Position numbers and translations under genes: made by a program. Below the pieces are notes generated by a model. The model was not told the origin of the DNA and did not search any database. It saw only the letters and a program-made list of their open reading frames with translations. DNA of 64,000 nucleotides from Myxococcales bacterium. GTDB taxonomy: Bacteria; Myxococcota_A; Polyangia; Palsa-1104. The stretch spans positions 1,963-65,962 of the forward strand of contig JAQBQH010000073.1 in NCBI GenBank assembly GCA_028287105.1. The letters are read 5' to 3'. Shown here piece after piece: positions 27,583 through 37,466 of this stretch. Position 1 is the stretch's first letter, and each line of letters opens with the position of its first letter.

Positions 27583-28704
27583 TCAGTATGTCGGTGTCGG
27601 TGTCGGCGTCGCTGTCGTCGTCGTCGGTGTCGCTGTCGTCGGTGTCGTCGTCGTCGGTGTTGCTGTTGCTGTCGTCGGTGTTGCTGTCGTCGCTGTCGCC
27701 GGCGTCCCCGCGTCCGCCGGCGTCGCCGTCCCGCCGCCGGACAGCGGCACCGTGAACAGGTCGTCCATCGCCTGCACCGACGCGCCCTGCGGGTTACACG
27801 GCAGCGTGTCGATTCCCAGAATGGTTTGCACCGTCTTCAAGAACGAGCTCGTGTCGTAGACGATCTTCGACTCGTAGCCCGGCTTCGCATTCGGCGAGAT
27901 GACAATGAACGGCGGATCGTCGCCGGTGGTGATACCGGCCGCCTGCCCCTCGTCCCACAAGAGGAAAAGCACGCCGCCCTTGTTGAACGCGTCGGAGCCG
28001 AGGATCTTCGGCACCTCGCGCGCCAGCCACTGATCGCCGGCGGCGATCGAGCCGTCGTGCATGTCGTTCTGCAGGTTCGGCGTGATGAACGCGTACCTGG
28101 GCAGCTTGCCCGCGGCCAGATCGGCGTCGAATTGCGAGTAGTCGACGATGTGGTCGGTGCAACGCTGGGTCACGTTCACCTTGGTGCCGTCCCAGCCGTT
28201 GATGTCGTCGAAATAGACGAATGGGTTGTGCTTGGCCGCGTAGTCGCCGTTCGAGCTCAGGCCGCATCCCGGCCCGAGGCTCTCCTGGTAGCTCTTCCAG
28301 CTCAGCCCGGCCGCCTCGAGCTGATCGGCCAGGTGCGACGCCGTGGCGATGTGGTTGGTCGCGCCCGGATCGTTGTCGTTGAGCACGCCGAAGTTCTCGC
28401 CGGCGACCATCCACAAGTAGTTCGGCTCGCTCGGGTGCACGTAGGAGTCGTGGTATGCCCCCGCCAGCGCGTTCTGCTTGATGAGCTGATTGATGAAGGG
28501 CGCACCGCCGTTGCCGCGAATCTGACCGAGGCCCTTGTTCTCCATGACAATGGTGAACACTGTTCCGCCCCAGTTGGGCGACGGCGACGCCTTGGTCGTG
28601 GTGAGCGCGCTGCAGGTGACCGCGGTGTTGCCGGAGGTGTTCTGACAACCGACGAGCGTGACCGCGAGAGCGATCTGCGGAACGAGGAGGGCGAGCTTCT
28701 TCAT
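27583..28704 (-). CDS. Phosphoesterase/acid phosphatase family lipoprotein with Thr/Pro-rich tail
   Basis: Lipobox LVGC; FTIVMENK, HPSEPNY, YAAKHNPF, ITPNLQNDMHDG, LWDE. Confidence 0.9.
   Translation of the reverse strand: MKKLALLVPQIALAVTLVGCQNTSGNTAVTCSALTTTKASPSPNWGGTVFTIVMENKGLGQIRGNGGAPFINQLIKQNALAGAYHDSYVHPSEPNYLWMVAGENFGVLNDNDPGATNHIATASHLADQLEAAGLSWKSYQESLGPGCGLSSNGDYAAKHNPFVYFDDINGWDGTKVNVTQRCTDHIVDYSQFDADLAAGKLPRYAFITPNLQNDMHDGSIAAGDQWLAREVPKILGSDAFNKGGVLFLLWDEGQAAGITTGDDPPFIVISPNAKPGYESKIVYDTSSFLKTVQTILGIDTLPCNPQGASVQAMDDLFTVPLSGGGTATPADAGTPATATTATPTTATATPTTTTPTTATPTTTTATPTPTPTY
27590..27700 (-). repeat. Low-complexity ACG/ACA/CCG repeat encoding (TATATPT)n
   Basis: Plus strand gtcggtgtcgctgtcgtc... 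microrepeats within the phosphoesterase 3' end. Confidence 0.7.
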
Positions 28705-28902
28705 GCACCAACTGTGACCGGCCGACTGAAGCGCGCAACCCCGGCGTGCCGCCCGCTCGCTGCCATAGCGAGCTCGATGGTGAGCGCGCCCTTCGACGCG
28801 CTTCCGACGGCGCGCGTTGCCTCGCGCGCAATTGTGCGCGCAATCGGGAATTGATCGCCTACCGGTCCGTTGATCGTTCGAGTCACACGCGAAGGAGAAA
28901 TC

Positions 28903-29166
28903 ATGACCGAAGCGCAACTGCTCCGCCGATCGATCGAAAAGGCGCTCGCCGTGGCCAACGCCGCCGCCGACGAGCCGACCATCTATGGCATTCTCGAGGC
29001 CCAGAGCTACGCCGACCAGCTCCTGCCGCAACTCGGTTCGGTGCGCCCTGCGTCCTTCAGCCGCGCCGAAGCCCGCCGCGTGGTCGCCCTCGTCTGGCAG
29101 CTGCGCGCCGTCCTTCAGGCGCTCGATCGCTGGCTGCACCCACAGCCGCTGGCGCTCGCCAGCTGA
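28903..29166 (+). CDS. Small hypothetical helical protein
   Basis: AAGGAG RBS before the ATG; 87 aa with host codon usage. Confidence 0.65.
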   Translation: MTEAQLLRRSIEKALAVANAAADEPTIYGILEAQSYADQLLPQLGSVRPASFSRAEARRVVALVWQLRAVLQALDRWLHPQPLALAS

Positions 29167-29185
29167 GCGTCGCCAGCTCTGCCGC

Positions 29186-29959
29186 TCAGAAGATCGGGCT
29201 CGGCTCGCCGGAGTCCTCGTGGCCACCGACCGGACGGATTGCGTCGAGCGCGACGAGGGCAGTCAACACGACGATGGCCGCGGCGACGCTCTGTCGATGC
29301 CAGTATTCCACGGCGGCAAATCCGAGCGCGGCACCGAAAGCGTAGGCGGTCCACATCGCCGCCATCAGCGCGACGCGCCTCGACGATCGCTGTGACGACA
29401 GGCGGCCAGAGGCGCGGCCGCGCGCGCGATCGATCAACCAGAAGAGCGAGTGCGCCGCCTCGCGTGCCAGCCGCGTCAGGTTGCCGGTGACGTGCGTCGT
29501 GTAGACGCTGGAAGCGCCAACCCGAATCAAGGTCGCGTTCTGCAGCCCCATTGCGACCGCCAGAAGGCCCGTCGCCAGGTAGTAGTGGACACTTGCGGTC
29601 GAGGTAGCCGGCGGCCATGGCAGCGCCAACGCGAATGCCAGGGCGCCCGCTTCGAGGCCCAACGTCCAGCCGGCCCCCGACCGCCGCCCGCGCCGACGCG
29701 CGGCCTCGTACAGGATCTCGCTCGTGAAAACCCCAAGGCCGAAGGTCACGATCGGCCAGAGTCGCGCGGCGGCTTCACCCAGGTCGCGCTGGGCGACCCC
29801 CCTGCCGAGCGCAATCGTATTACCGGACATATTGGCGACGAACACGTGCGAGAGCAGGTCCCATCCGAGCGCATCGACGTACCCGGCGACCGCAGCGAGG
29901 ACCACCGCGAGCGCAGCGAGAGCGCGCTCGCTCAGCGTGCCGTCGCTCGCGTCGACCAT
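29186..29959 (-). CDS. YoaK/DUF1275 family membrane protein
   Basis: AGYVDA, FVANMSGNT, AMGLQNA, TTHVTGNLT. Confidence 0.9.
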   Translation of the reverse strand: MVDASDGTLSERALAALAVVLAAVAGYVDALGWDLLSHVFVANMSGNTIALGRGVAQRDLGEAAARLWPIVTFGLGVFTSEILYEAARRRGRRSGAGWTLGLEAGALAFALALPWPPATSTASVHYYLATGLLAVAMGLQNATLIRVGASSVYTTHVTGNLTRLAREAAHSLFWLIDRARGRASGRLSSQRSSRRVALMAAMWTAYAFGAALGFAAVEYWHRQSVAAAIVVLTALVALDAIRPVGGHEDSGEPSPIF

Positions 29960-30060
29960 CAGTGAACCAGGTCCATGAGCGCGAATATGCGCTTCCGGCT
30001 CGACCACGCCATCGTGGAGCGGATTGGTTGATGCAGGGCTCTGCTTCGAGGAGGAAGGCG

Positions 30061-30801
30061 ATGAGTAGACAGACTCTCGTAATGGCGTGCGGGCTCGCGA
30101 TGGCGGCGTGCGCGCCGAGCTACGTGTATCGGCCGGCCGAAAATGCGACGGCCACGATGAAAGGGCGAGTGGCGGCTGACTACCAGATTCCATCGACGGC
30201 GCCTCAAGGCGACGTGCGGCTCGCGTCGTTTGGGATGAGCAAGATCACGCCGAGCAAGAATCCCGACCAGAGCCAGAAGGCCGTGCACGTGCGGATGATC
30301 GTGAACGACAACAGTCAGGCGGCCTGGACCATGGATACGCGCCAGCAGGTCATCGTGTTACCGGGTGGTCAGCAAGTGGAGCCAGCTCTCGTCACGACGC
30401 GCGAGGGTCTGGCGGGCCTGCCCTCGGTCACGATTCCCGCTGGCGGCAAGCGGACCATCGATCTGTTCTATCCGCTTCCGGCCAATATGCAGTCAGCGGC
30501 GCAGGTCCCTGAGTTCGATGTCGTCTGGCACGTCAATACGCCCGAGCAGCAGGCGACCGAGCGAACGACCTTCGACCGGCTTCGCGTCGACCCGGAGGTC
30601 GCTTATGGCTACGGTCCCGAGTGGGGCGTCGGCGACGGCGGCTGGGGCGGCCCCTGGTACGGCGCCGGTTACCTCGGCTATGGCGGCGACTTTGTCGTCG
30701 GCGCGCCACACTGGGGCGGGTACGAAGAGGGAGGGGGCCACGAAGGACACGGTGGCTTCGGAGGGGGCCACGCCGGCGGCGGCGGACACGGCCCCCGCTG
30801 A
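30061..30801 (+). CDS. Hypothetical lipoprotein with Gly/His/Tyr-rich tail
   Basis: GAGGAG RBS, lipobox MAAC, TIDLFYPLP core, low-complexity C-terminus. Confidence 0.8.
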   Translation: MSRQTLVMACGLAMAACAPSYVYRPAENATATMKGRVAADYQIPSTAPQGDVRLASFGMSKITPSKNPDQSQKAVHVRMIVNDNSQAAWTMDTRQQVIVLPGGQQVEPALVTTREGLAGLPSVTIPAGGKRTIDLFYPLPANMQSAAQVPEFDVVWHVNTPEQQATERTTFDRLRVDPEVAYGYGPEWGVGDGGWGGPWYGAGYLGYGGDFVVGAPHWGGYEEGGGHEGHGGFGGGHAGGGGHGPR

Positions 30802-30843
30802 TCGGACCGGCGAGCGTTCGCCTGCGCGAGCGCCTCGCCGATG

Positions 30844-31329
30844 TCACTGTGGCGACGGGGTCGCTGTCGGCGCTCCGGACGATCCTTGCGGAGACATGCG
30901 CCCTCGCCTCGTCGCGGGGCGCAGCACCAGCTTGGCAAATTGAGCAGGCGTCAGCTCCTGCTGGAGCTCGGCGAGCTCCTGCGCGTCGACGGCTTCGACC
31001 TGTTGTCGACCGCTCGTCAGCTGGTTGGCCAACTGCGTGAGGCGAGCAGGATCCGGCTGCGCGGCGGCGAGCTCTTGTTGCAGCGCCTGCGCCGTCTGCT
31101 GCTCCGCTTGCCGAACGGGCTCGAGCTGGGCCCGATACTTCGCGAGCGTCTGCGCGACGGCTGACGCCGTCGTCGCGTCGAGGCCCAGGTGATTCGCGAT
31201 CGCGGTGGCCGCGTCGTTCGCAGAGCTCGCCTGGGTCGCCGTCGCCGGGTTGGTCGCTTCCGACGGTGAGGGCTGCGCCAACGCCGTGCTTCCTACCAAT
31301 AACGCCATCAAGGGCAGTGCAGTTTTCAT
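30844..31329 (-). CDS. Spy/CpxP/heavy-metal-sensor-like periplasmic helical protein
   Basis: GGAGG RBS, signal peptide, LGLD..., ELAAAQPDPARL, LTPAQFAK (LTxxQ motif). Confidence 0.75.
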   Translation of the reverse strand: MKTALPLMALLVGSTALAQPSPSEATNPATATQASSANDAATAIANHLGLDATTASAVAQTLAKYRAQLEPVRQAEQQTAQALQQELAAAQPDPARLTQLANQLTSGRQQVEAVDAQELAELQQELTPAQFAKLVLRPATRRGRMSPQGSSGAPTATPSPQ

Positions 31330-31458
31330 CTTGTTACCTCCAAACTGTACAACTCAGCTCCGCCGAGTCTGTTCCCCCAAAATCGATTCGCGAACACTTC
31401 TCGGCAAGCGTCGTGCCGGCAGTCACCACGCGACCAGGATGCGGTAGTGTGATCGCGC

Positions 31459-32811
31459 ATGCGGACCTTGCTCGGTTTCGCGCTCGTCGTCCTCGTCGCT
31501 GCTGCCGGTTGCGGCAAGCCCGTGACGGGCTGGCACGTCAGCGGCGGCTTTCTGCGCGCGCCCGACGGACGCGCGGTCATCTTGCGCGGCGTGAACCTCT
31601 CGGGCGCGCAGAAGAACGCGCCGTACCTCGACGACAAGGTCGCCGCCGACTATGACCGCGTCCGCGCCGAGTGGGGCATGAACGCCGTCCGCTTCGTCAT
31701 GACCTGGGCGGCGGTCGAGCCCGAACAAGGGCGCTACGACGACGCCTACCTCGACCACGTCGCCGCGCGGCTCGCCTGGGCGCAGGCCGCCGGTCTCTGG
31801 GTCGTCCTCGACATGCACGAGGATGTCTACGGCGAAGGCTTCGGCTTCGACGGCGCCCCGCGCTGGACGTGCGAGGCCGCGCGCTACGCCGCGTTCGTTC
31901 CGCAGATGCCGTGGTTCGTCAACACGCTCGACGCCAACGTGGTCGCGTGCGTCGACGGGTTCTACGCGCGCGCCGAGATGCAGCAGCACTTCGTCGACGC
32001 GTGGCGCCACGTCGCCGAACGACTCGCCGCCGAGCCCGCCGTCATCGGCTTCGACGTGCTCAACGAGCCGGAGTGGGGCTCGTACTCGATCTTCGACTTC
32101 GAAGAGGATCGGCTGAAGCCGCTCTACGCCGCCGTCGTCGCGGCGGTGCGCGGCAAGGCACCCGCCTGGGTCGCGTTCCTCGAACCGAGCTCCAGCCGCA
32201 ACGCCGGCATCGCGACGGGCCTGACCGCGTTCGACTTCCGCGACGTGATCTACGCGCCGCACTCGTACGATCAATCGGCCGAAGGCGGCGGCGGCTTCGA
32301 CCCGACGCACCGCCAGCAGATCCTCGACAATGTCGCCAAGCTCGCCGGAGAAGCGCGCGCCCTCGACGCCGGCCTGTGGATCGGCGAGTACGGCGGGATG
32401 GCGTCGGCGCCCGGCATCGTCGAGTACATGAGCGCGCAGTACGACGCCGCGGGGGCGGTCGCCGGCGGCACGATGTATTGGGCGTACGACAAGAGCGACG
32501 GCTACGGGATGCTGGCGCCCGATGGCAGCGAGAAGACCGTGCTCATCGACGCGCTGGTGCGGCCATTTCCCGAGCGCGTGGCCGGCAATCCCATCTCGTA
32601 CGCCTTCGACGCGGCGACCGCCACCTTCACCTTCCAGTACACCGCCGATCAGTCGTCGCCGCTGCCGACGGAGATCGTGGTGCCCGATCGCGCGTACCCG
32701 AACGGTTACACCGTCGACTGCGGCGGCTGCCGCTACGAAAAACGTAGCAACGCTCTGGTGCTCGACACGCCACCGCCGGGCAGCCCGGCGTCGGTCATCG
32801 TCTCGCCTTGA
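31459..32811 (+). CDS. GH5 endoglycoceramidase-like glycoside hydrolase, lipoprotein
   Basis: GRAVILRGVN, WAAVEPEQGRYD, LDMHED, LNEP acid/base, APHSY, IGEYG nucleophile, VRPFPERVAG. Confidence 0.9.
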   Translation: MRTLLGFALVVLVAAAGCGKPVTGWHVSGGFLRAPDGRAVILRGVNLSGAQKNAPYLDDKVAADYDRVRAEWGMNAVRFVMTWAAVEPEQGRYDDAYLDHVAARLAWAQAAGLWVVLDMHEDVYGEGFGFDGAPRWTCEAARYAAFVPQMPWFVNTLDANVVACVDGFYARAEMQQHFVDAWRHVAERLAAEPAVIGFDVLNEPEWGSYSIFDFEEDRLKPLYAAVVAAVRGKAPAWVAFLEPSSSRNAGIATGLTAFDFRDVIYAPHSYDQSAEGGGGFDPTHRQQILDNVAKLAGEARALDAGLWIGEYGGMASAPGIVEYMSAQYDAAGAVAGGTMYWAYDKSDGYGMLAPDGSEKTVLIDALVRPFPERVAGNPISYAFDAATATFTFQYTADQSSPLPTEIVVPDRAYPNGYTVDCGGCRYEKRSNALVLDTPPPGSPASVIVSP

Positions 32812-32854
32812 AGGTCGCTCGCCGACGCGTGCTCGTTCGAGGTACGCTGTCGGG

Positions 32855-33358
32855 ATGCGGATGACTGGTGTTGCCATGGCGACCCTATTGGGGCTGCTGC
32901 TACTCGGAACGGCTGTTGCTCGGGCGTCGGATACGGCTGTCGCGGCAAAGCCCGGCGTCGTGGTCGACGAGGTCTTGCGTCGCGAAAAGGAGTGGGCGGC
33001 CGCGCTCATGACGCCCGAGCGCAGCAAGTTGGAGCAGATGCTGGGCGACGAGTTCACGCTCACGACCGCCGCCGGGACGACGCCGAGGGTCAAGTGGATG
33101 GCCACGGCCGACAAGTGGCAGACCAAAGCCGCCGAGCTGCGCGACGGATGGAGCGTGCAAGTCTATGGAGACGTCGCCATCGCGCGCGGCGTCTTCTTCT
33201 GGCACGTGCTCAAGGACGCGCCGGATCCGCGGACCGGGAGCAAAGAGGTCAAGAGCGACTTCTCGCTTCTCGACGTCTGGGTCAAGCGCGGCGGGCGCTG
33301 GCAGGTGGTGGCGCGCCACTCGATCCTGCTCGCCCCGCCGGCGACGCCCGGTCACTAG
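32855..33358 (+). CDS. NTF2-like (DUF4440) secreted protein
   Basis: EKEWAAAL, LGDEF, VYGDVA, DVWVKRGGRWQVVARH. Confidence 0.85.
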   Translation: MRMTGVAMATLLGLLLLGTAVARASDTAVAAKPGVVVDEVLRREKEWAAALMTPERSKLEQMLGDEFTLTTAAGTTPRVKWMATADKWQTKAAELRDGWSVQVYGDVAIARGVFFWHVLKDAPDPRTGSKEVKSDFSLLDVWVKRGGRWQVVARHSILLAPPATPGH

Positions 33359-33366
33359 CGAGGATT

Positions 33367-34878
33367 CTAGCGATCGTCGCTGTCTTCGCTTTGCGACGCG
33401 GGGATGACGGGGAAGCCGGTGACGATGGGGCCGGCCAGCGCCCAGCCGCGCGTCGACGGGGCGAAGCGCGGCGCCAACAGCCCGTCGTTGAGCTCGCGCG
33501 TCACGGCGAAGCGGTTGAAGCTGCGCGGGATGAGATAGATGCAGGTGTTGTCCTTCTGCGGACAATTGGCGTTGGGGGTATCGATGTCGCCCTCCTCGGC
33601 GGAGATGATGCCGTCGTGGTTGGTGTCGACCAGCGCGATGGCGGCCTTGTAGCCATCGACCAGGCGCTGCCCGAGGTTGTGCTGTCCCGGCTCGAACGAG
33701 TGCAGCCGCTGAAAGACGTTGAGGAACACCTCGCGTGCAATCCCGCTCGGCACGAAGCGCTGGCGCGACTCGCGCTGGGTCGCCGGACCCTCGAAGCGAT
33801 CGGTGTCGCGCGGGCGATCGGGGTTGTCACCGAAGCGCACGGTCTCGCCGCGCTCGCGCACCTCGTTGAGCTCCTCGCCCGGGACCACCGACGAGAAGCG
33901 CCCGATCTCGCCGTCGCGATAGGTGTCGGCCGGCTGCGTCGCGGAGCGATCGGGAAAGCCGCCCGCGACGGGCAGCTCGTAGAGTGGATGGATCCAGTTG
34001 GTGGTGTAGTTGAACTCCCAATAGGCGTGCACGTCCGATTGCTGGAGCGCGTTGTACGCCCCCATGCTGAGTTGAATCGGCACCAGATTGCTGACGCGAT
34101 CGGGGAAGTGGTCACTGGGGCTGGGCAGGCGCGGCGCGTTGCCGTCGACGGTGAAGAAGCGTCCGGCGACGGCGTTGTTGCCCTGCCCCATGGCGGCGAG
34201 CAGCTTGGCATCCTCGGCCGTGATCATGCCGAAGGGGGCGCGGCCGCGTGAGCTCTTGGGGCCGACGGAGGCGACGCGCAGATCGTGGATCATCCACCCC
34301 TCGTACCAGCCGCTCTCGTTGTTGATGACGAAGAGGCTGCGGATGTCGGTGAACACGTCGATGAAGGCGCGCGGATCGTCGGGATCGACCGGGAGGCCCG
34401 CCTTGGGCTCGAGCGCCAGGCGCACGGCGCCGATGGTAGAGAGGTTGCAGTTGGCGCCCCATACCGTCTTCTGGGTTTCGGGGTCGTCGTTGAGCCCGGG
34501 GATCTTGGTGGTGAAGACGCTCGGTTGAAACGAGGTCGAGTCGAGGAGGTAGTACTGGAACAGCATGCTCCGTCCGGCGGCGCCCGGCGCCTCGGCGAAG
34601 ATGTTGACCGGCGCGACGCTGTGCGGGCTGCAGTCGAGGGTGACCAGTCGATTCTGCAAATTGGGGAGGGCGGAGAGCGGCGCGATGTCGCCCCGCGCGC
34701 AAAACCCGGGCGTGCACGCGCTCGGGTTGCACATCTTTCCGGTGTCGGGATCGGTCTGCGGCGGCACCGGCGTCGGCCCTCCCGCGCAGGTCTGATCGGC
34801 CGACGCCAGCGACGGCAGTAGCAGCAGCAGTCCCGCCATCCATACGCGCTCTTGAACAGTCTTCCGCTTCACGCCCAT
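33367..34878 (-). CDS. Hypothetical secreted protein (~500 aa) with an EF-hand-like loop
   Basis: RBS, signal peptide LLLLLPSLASA, strong codon bias, DTNHDGIISAEE. Confidence 0.75.
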   Translation of the reverse strand: MGVKRKTVQERVWMAGLLLLLPSLASADQTCAGGPTPVPPQTDPDTGKMCNPSACTPGFCARGDIAPLSALPNLQNRLVTLDCSPHSVAPVNIFAEAPGAAGRSMLFQYYLLDSTSFQPSVFTTKIPGLNDDPETQKTVWGANCNLSTIGAVRLALEPKAGLPVDPDDPRAFIDVFTDIRSLFVINNESGWYEGWMIHDLRVASVGPKSSRGRAPFGMITAEDAKLLAAMGQGNNAVAGRFFTVDGNAPRLPSPSDHFPDRVSNLVPIQLSMGAYNALQQSDVHAYWEFNYTTNWIHPLYELPVAGGFPDRSATQPADTYRDGEIGRFSSVVPGEELNEVRERGETVRFGDNPDRPRDTDRFEGPATQRESRQRFVPSGIAREVFLNVFQRLHSFEPGQHNLGQRLVDGYKAAIALVDTNHDGIISAEEGDIDTPNANCPQKDNTCIYLIPRSFNRFAVTRELNDGLLAPRFAPSTRGWALAGPIVTGFPVIPASQSEDSDDR

Positions 34879-35146
34879 GTCACGCCTCCTCCACGATCGC
34901 GCGATGCGACCGGCCGCATGCTTGTCGGTCGCGTCGAGCCAGGCGCAGTCGAGGCCCGCCCCTAATCTGGGCTCTGTCGAGTGGGGTAGTGGTTGGGGTC
35001 TCGTGAGTAGAACATGTTTCACTTGACAGCCGATGTCGGACTAGAACATGTTCCAGCGCGCACGGATCCCTGAGCGTGTCGTCGTGGCGATCGCAGGGAT
35101 TGCCGCGGACAGCTGGCGGGGAACAACAACGACAAGGGTGGCGAAC

Positions 35147-35635
35147 ATGACCAATCGAGTGGGACGTAGCTTCGCGTTTCTCGTCGGAGTCGCACTGATG
35201 TTCGCAGCGTGCGGTGGGGACAACGGCGGCGGTACGGGTGGCGGCGGCGGCAGCGGCGGAGGGGCCGGTGGTGTCGGCGGCAATGGCGTCGACATGGCGA
35301 CGGCCAGGAGCGGCGCCTGCACCAACGCGAATGACACCGCCATCGGCAAGCCGGCCATGGACTCGGCCGCCTCGGCGTGCGGCCTCGCCTGTTACGCCGA
35401 CAAAGACACGATGCCTCCGAAGTCGTGCGCCGACTGCCTGACGATGAAGATCATGGACGCGACCCAGAAGACGATCACCGCCAACTGCAACACCTGCTGG
35501 ACGACGGTGATCATCTGCGGCATCAACAACTGCTCGGCCCCCTGCCTGCAGAACGGCGCCACCAGTCCCGAGTGTCGCGACTGCACGCAAAAGGCCGGCT
35601 GCGACTCGGCCTTCACCACCTGCTCGGGGCTGTGA
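35147..35635 (+). CDS. Cys-rich lipoprotein
   Basis: Lipobox FAAC, Gly linker, 14 further Cys including CGLAC, CADC, CNTC, CSAPC, CRDC. Confidence 0.8.
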   Translation: MTNRVGRSFAFLVGVALMFAACGGDNGGGTGGGGGSGGGAGGVGGNGVDMATARSGACTNANDTAIGKPAMDSAASACGLACYADKDTMPPKSCADCLTMKIMDATQKTITANCNTCWTTVIICGINNCSAPCLQNGATSPECRDCTQKAGCDSAFTTCSGL

Positions 35636-35761
35636 GCTAGCCGCGCGCAGGCCCGTTGATTGCGAGCGTCCGTTATGGCGGACGCCGGTGGAGCTGTAAC
35701 CCTCGACGGTAGAATGAAATGTAGTTGACGCGTGGCGTCGTGTGCTGCTATCCGGGATGAA

Positions 35762-35778
35762 TATCCGTTTTAACGGAT
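35762..35778. promoter_or_regulatory. 17-bp palindromic operator upstream of the porin; -35-like TTGACG at 35725
   Basis: TATCCGTT-T-AACGGATA is a perfect dyad between the putative promoter and the GGAG RBS. Confidence 0.65.
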
Positions 35779-35785
35779 ACCGGAG

Positions 35786-37258
35786 ATGTTCATGCGCCAT
35801 TTCGCTTCCGCCTTGATCGTGCTCGTCTCCGCGGCTGCCGTCGCTCAGGAGCAGACGCCGGCCACCGTTGCCGCCCCCGCCGTTGCGCCCCCCGTTGTGC
35901 CGCCGCCCGAAGCTCCAGCGCTCTCCGCCGCCGAAGCCGGCGCGCTCCTCCGCCGCGTCGACGATCTAGAGCAGCAGCACCGCATCCTCGCCCGTCAGAT
36001 CGAGCGAGCCGCCGAGCAAGCCGCCGCCAAATCCAGGGACGCCGGCAGCGTCAGCTTCGGCGGCAAAGGCTTCATTCTGCGCAGCGCCGACGGCAAGACC
36101 CAGGTCGCCCTGCGCGGCCTCCTCCAGGCCGACGGCCGCGCCTTCTTCGACGATCACAAGTTCGCGCTCGCCGACACCTTCCTCCTGCGCCGCGTCCGCC
36201 CCATCCTCGACGCCACCTTCTTCGACCTGATCGACTTTCGCATCATGCCCGACTTCGGCAACAACCAGGTCATCCTCTACGACGCCTACGCCGAGCTCCG
36301 CCCGTGGCGGTTCTTCCGCATCCGCGCCGGCAAGTTCAAGCCGCCCGTCGGCCTCGAGCGCCTGCAGAGCGCCGGCAACCTGCACTTCAACGAGCGCGCC
36401 TTCCCCACCTCCCTCGTGCCCAACCGCGACGTTGGCGTGACGCTCAACGGCGACGTCGCCGGCGGCGCGCTCTCCTACGCCATCGGCTACTTCAACGGCG
36501 TCGTCGACGGCGCCGCCACGCCCGATCTCGACGTGCACGACGGCAAGGAGCTGGCGGTCCGTCTCTTCGCCCACCCGCTGCGTCCGCTGCGGGACAAGCT
36601 CTTCAACAATCTCGGCGTCGGCTTCGCCGCCACCTACGGCCAGGAGCGCGGCCGCACCGCCGCCCCCAACGTCCCCAGCTTCCGCACGCCCGGCCAGAAC
36701 GTCTTCTTCAGCTACCTCGCCGACCCCACCAAACCGGACGGCGTCACCTTCGCCGACGGCACGCGCTACCGGCTCACGCCGCAGCTCTACTGGTATGCCT
36801 GGCACTTCGGGCTGCTCGCCGAGTACGTCTACTCGTCGCAGGTGGTCACGCGCGGCTTCGACAACACCAGGCCGCTCGCCAACCAGGCCTGGCAGGTGCT
36901 GCTCTCGGTGGTGCTCACACCCGGCGATCGGGCCGCCTTCGACGGTGTCGTGCCGACGCGGCCCATCGACTTCAAGCATCCGCAGATCGGCGCCGTCGAG
37001 CTGGTGGCGCGCTATCACGAGCTGCGCGTCGATCCCGCCGCGTTCCCCGCCTTCGCCGATCCGACGAAGTCGGCCGAGCAGGCGCGCGCCTTTGGCGTCG
37101 GCTTCAACTGGTACCTGACCGCCAACGCCCGCTTCAACCTCGACTACGACCACACCGAGTTCTTCCACGGCGGCGCCCCCGACGGCACCAACGGCGGCGC
37201 GCCCACCAATCGCCCCACCGAGCATGCGCTCATCGGCCGCTTCCAGGTCGCACTGTAA
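35786..37258 (+). CDS. OprO/OprP family anion-selective porin
   Basis: Signal peptide, LRGLLQAD, FLLRRVRP, GKFKPPVGLERLQS, PNRDVG, GAVELVARY, FNWYL, C-terminal RFQVAL. Confidence 0.9.
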   Translation: MFMRHFASALIVLVSAAAVAQEQTPATVAAPAVAPPVVPPPEAPALSAAEAGALLRRVDDLEQQHRILARQIERAAEQAAAKSRDAGSVSFGGKGFILRSADGKTQVALRGLLQADGRAFFDDHKFALADTFLLRRVRPILDATFFDLIDFRIMPDFGNNQVILYDAYAELRPWRFFRIRAGKFKPPVGLERLQSAGNLHFNERAFPTSLVPNRDVGVTLNGDVAGGALSYAIGYFNGVVDGAATPDLDVHDGKELAVRLFAHPLRPLRDKLFNNLGVGFAATYGQERGRTAAPNVPSFRTPGQNVFFSYLADPTKPDGVTFADGTRYRLTPQLYWYAWHFGLLAEYVYSSQVVTRGFDNTRPLANQAWQVLLSVVLTPGDRAAFDGVVPTRPIDFKHPQIGAVELVARYHELRVDPAAFPAFADPTKSAEQARAFGVGFNWYLTANARFNLDYDHTEFFHGGAPDGTNGGAPTNRPTEHALIGRFQVAL

Positions 37259-37267
37259 GAAGACTCC

Positions 37268-37405
37268 ATGCATCCGACTCGCCGCTACGGCCGTGAGCGT
37301 GGCGACGCCGGTGACGCCATCACCTTCGGCGGCGATGTTCCGCACGGCTACCGCAACCGCGGGCGCGAAGAGGCGGTCAGGTACCGGCTTCTGATCTACG
37401 TCGGA
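37268..37405 (+). pseudogene. Remnant C-terminal cupin domain of an XRE-cupin regulator
   Basis: AGDAITFGGDVPHGYRNRGREEA matches the GDxxxFxxDxPHxYxN cupin motif; HTH domain absent. Confidence 0.55.
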
Positions 37406-37466
37406 GCGGGCCCTGACGGGTCCTCGCCCGATCGCGCTCGAGCCGCGGGCGCTATCTTTGGCCGTC

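Noticed and set aside
27590..27700. Thr/Pro microrepeat as a contingency locus or array
   Set aside because: In-frame low-complexity tail at a protein C-terminus; imperfect units, no spacers.
35147..35635. Cys-rich lipoprotein as a multihaem cytochrome
   Set aside because: CxxC pairs are not followed by His (no CxxCH); more likely disulfide-bonded.
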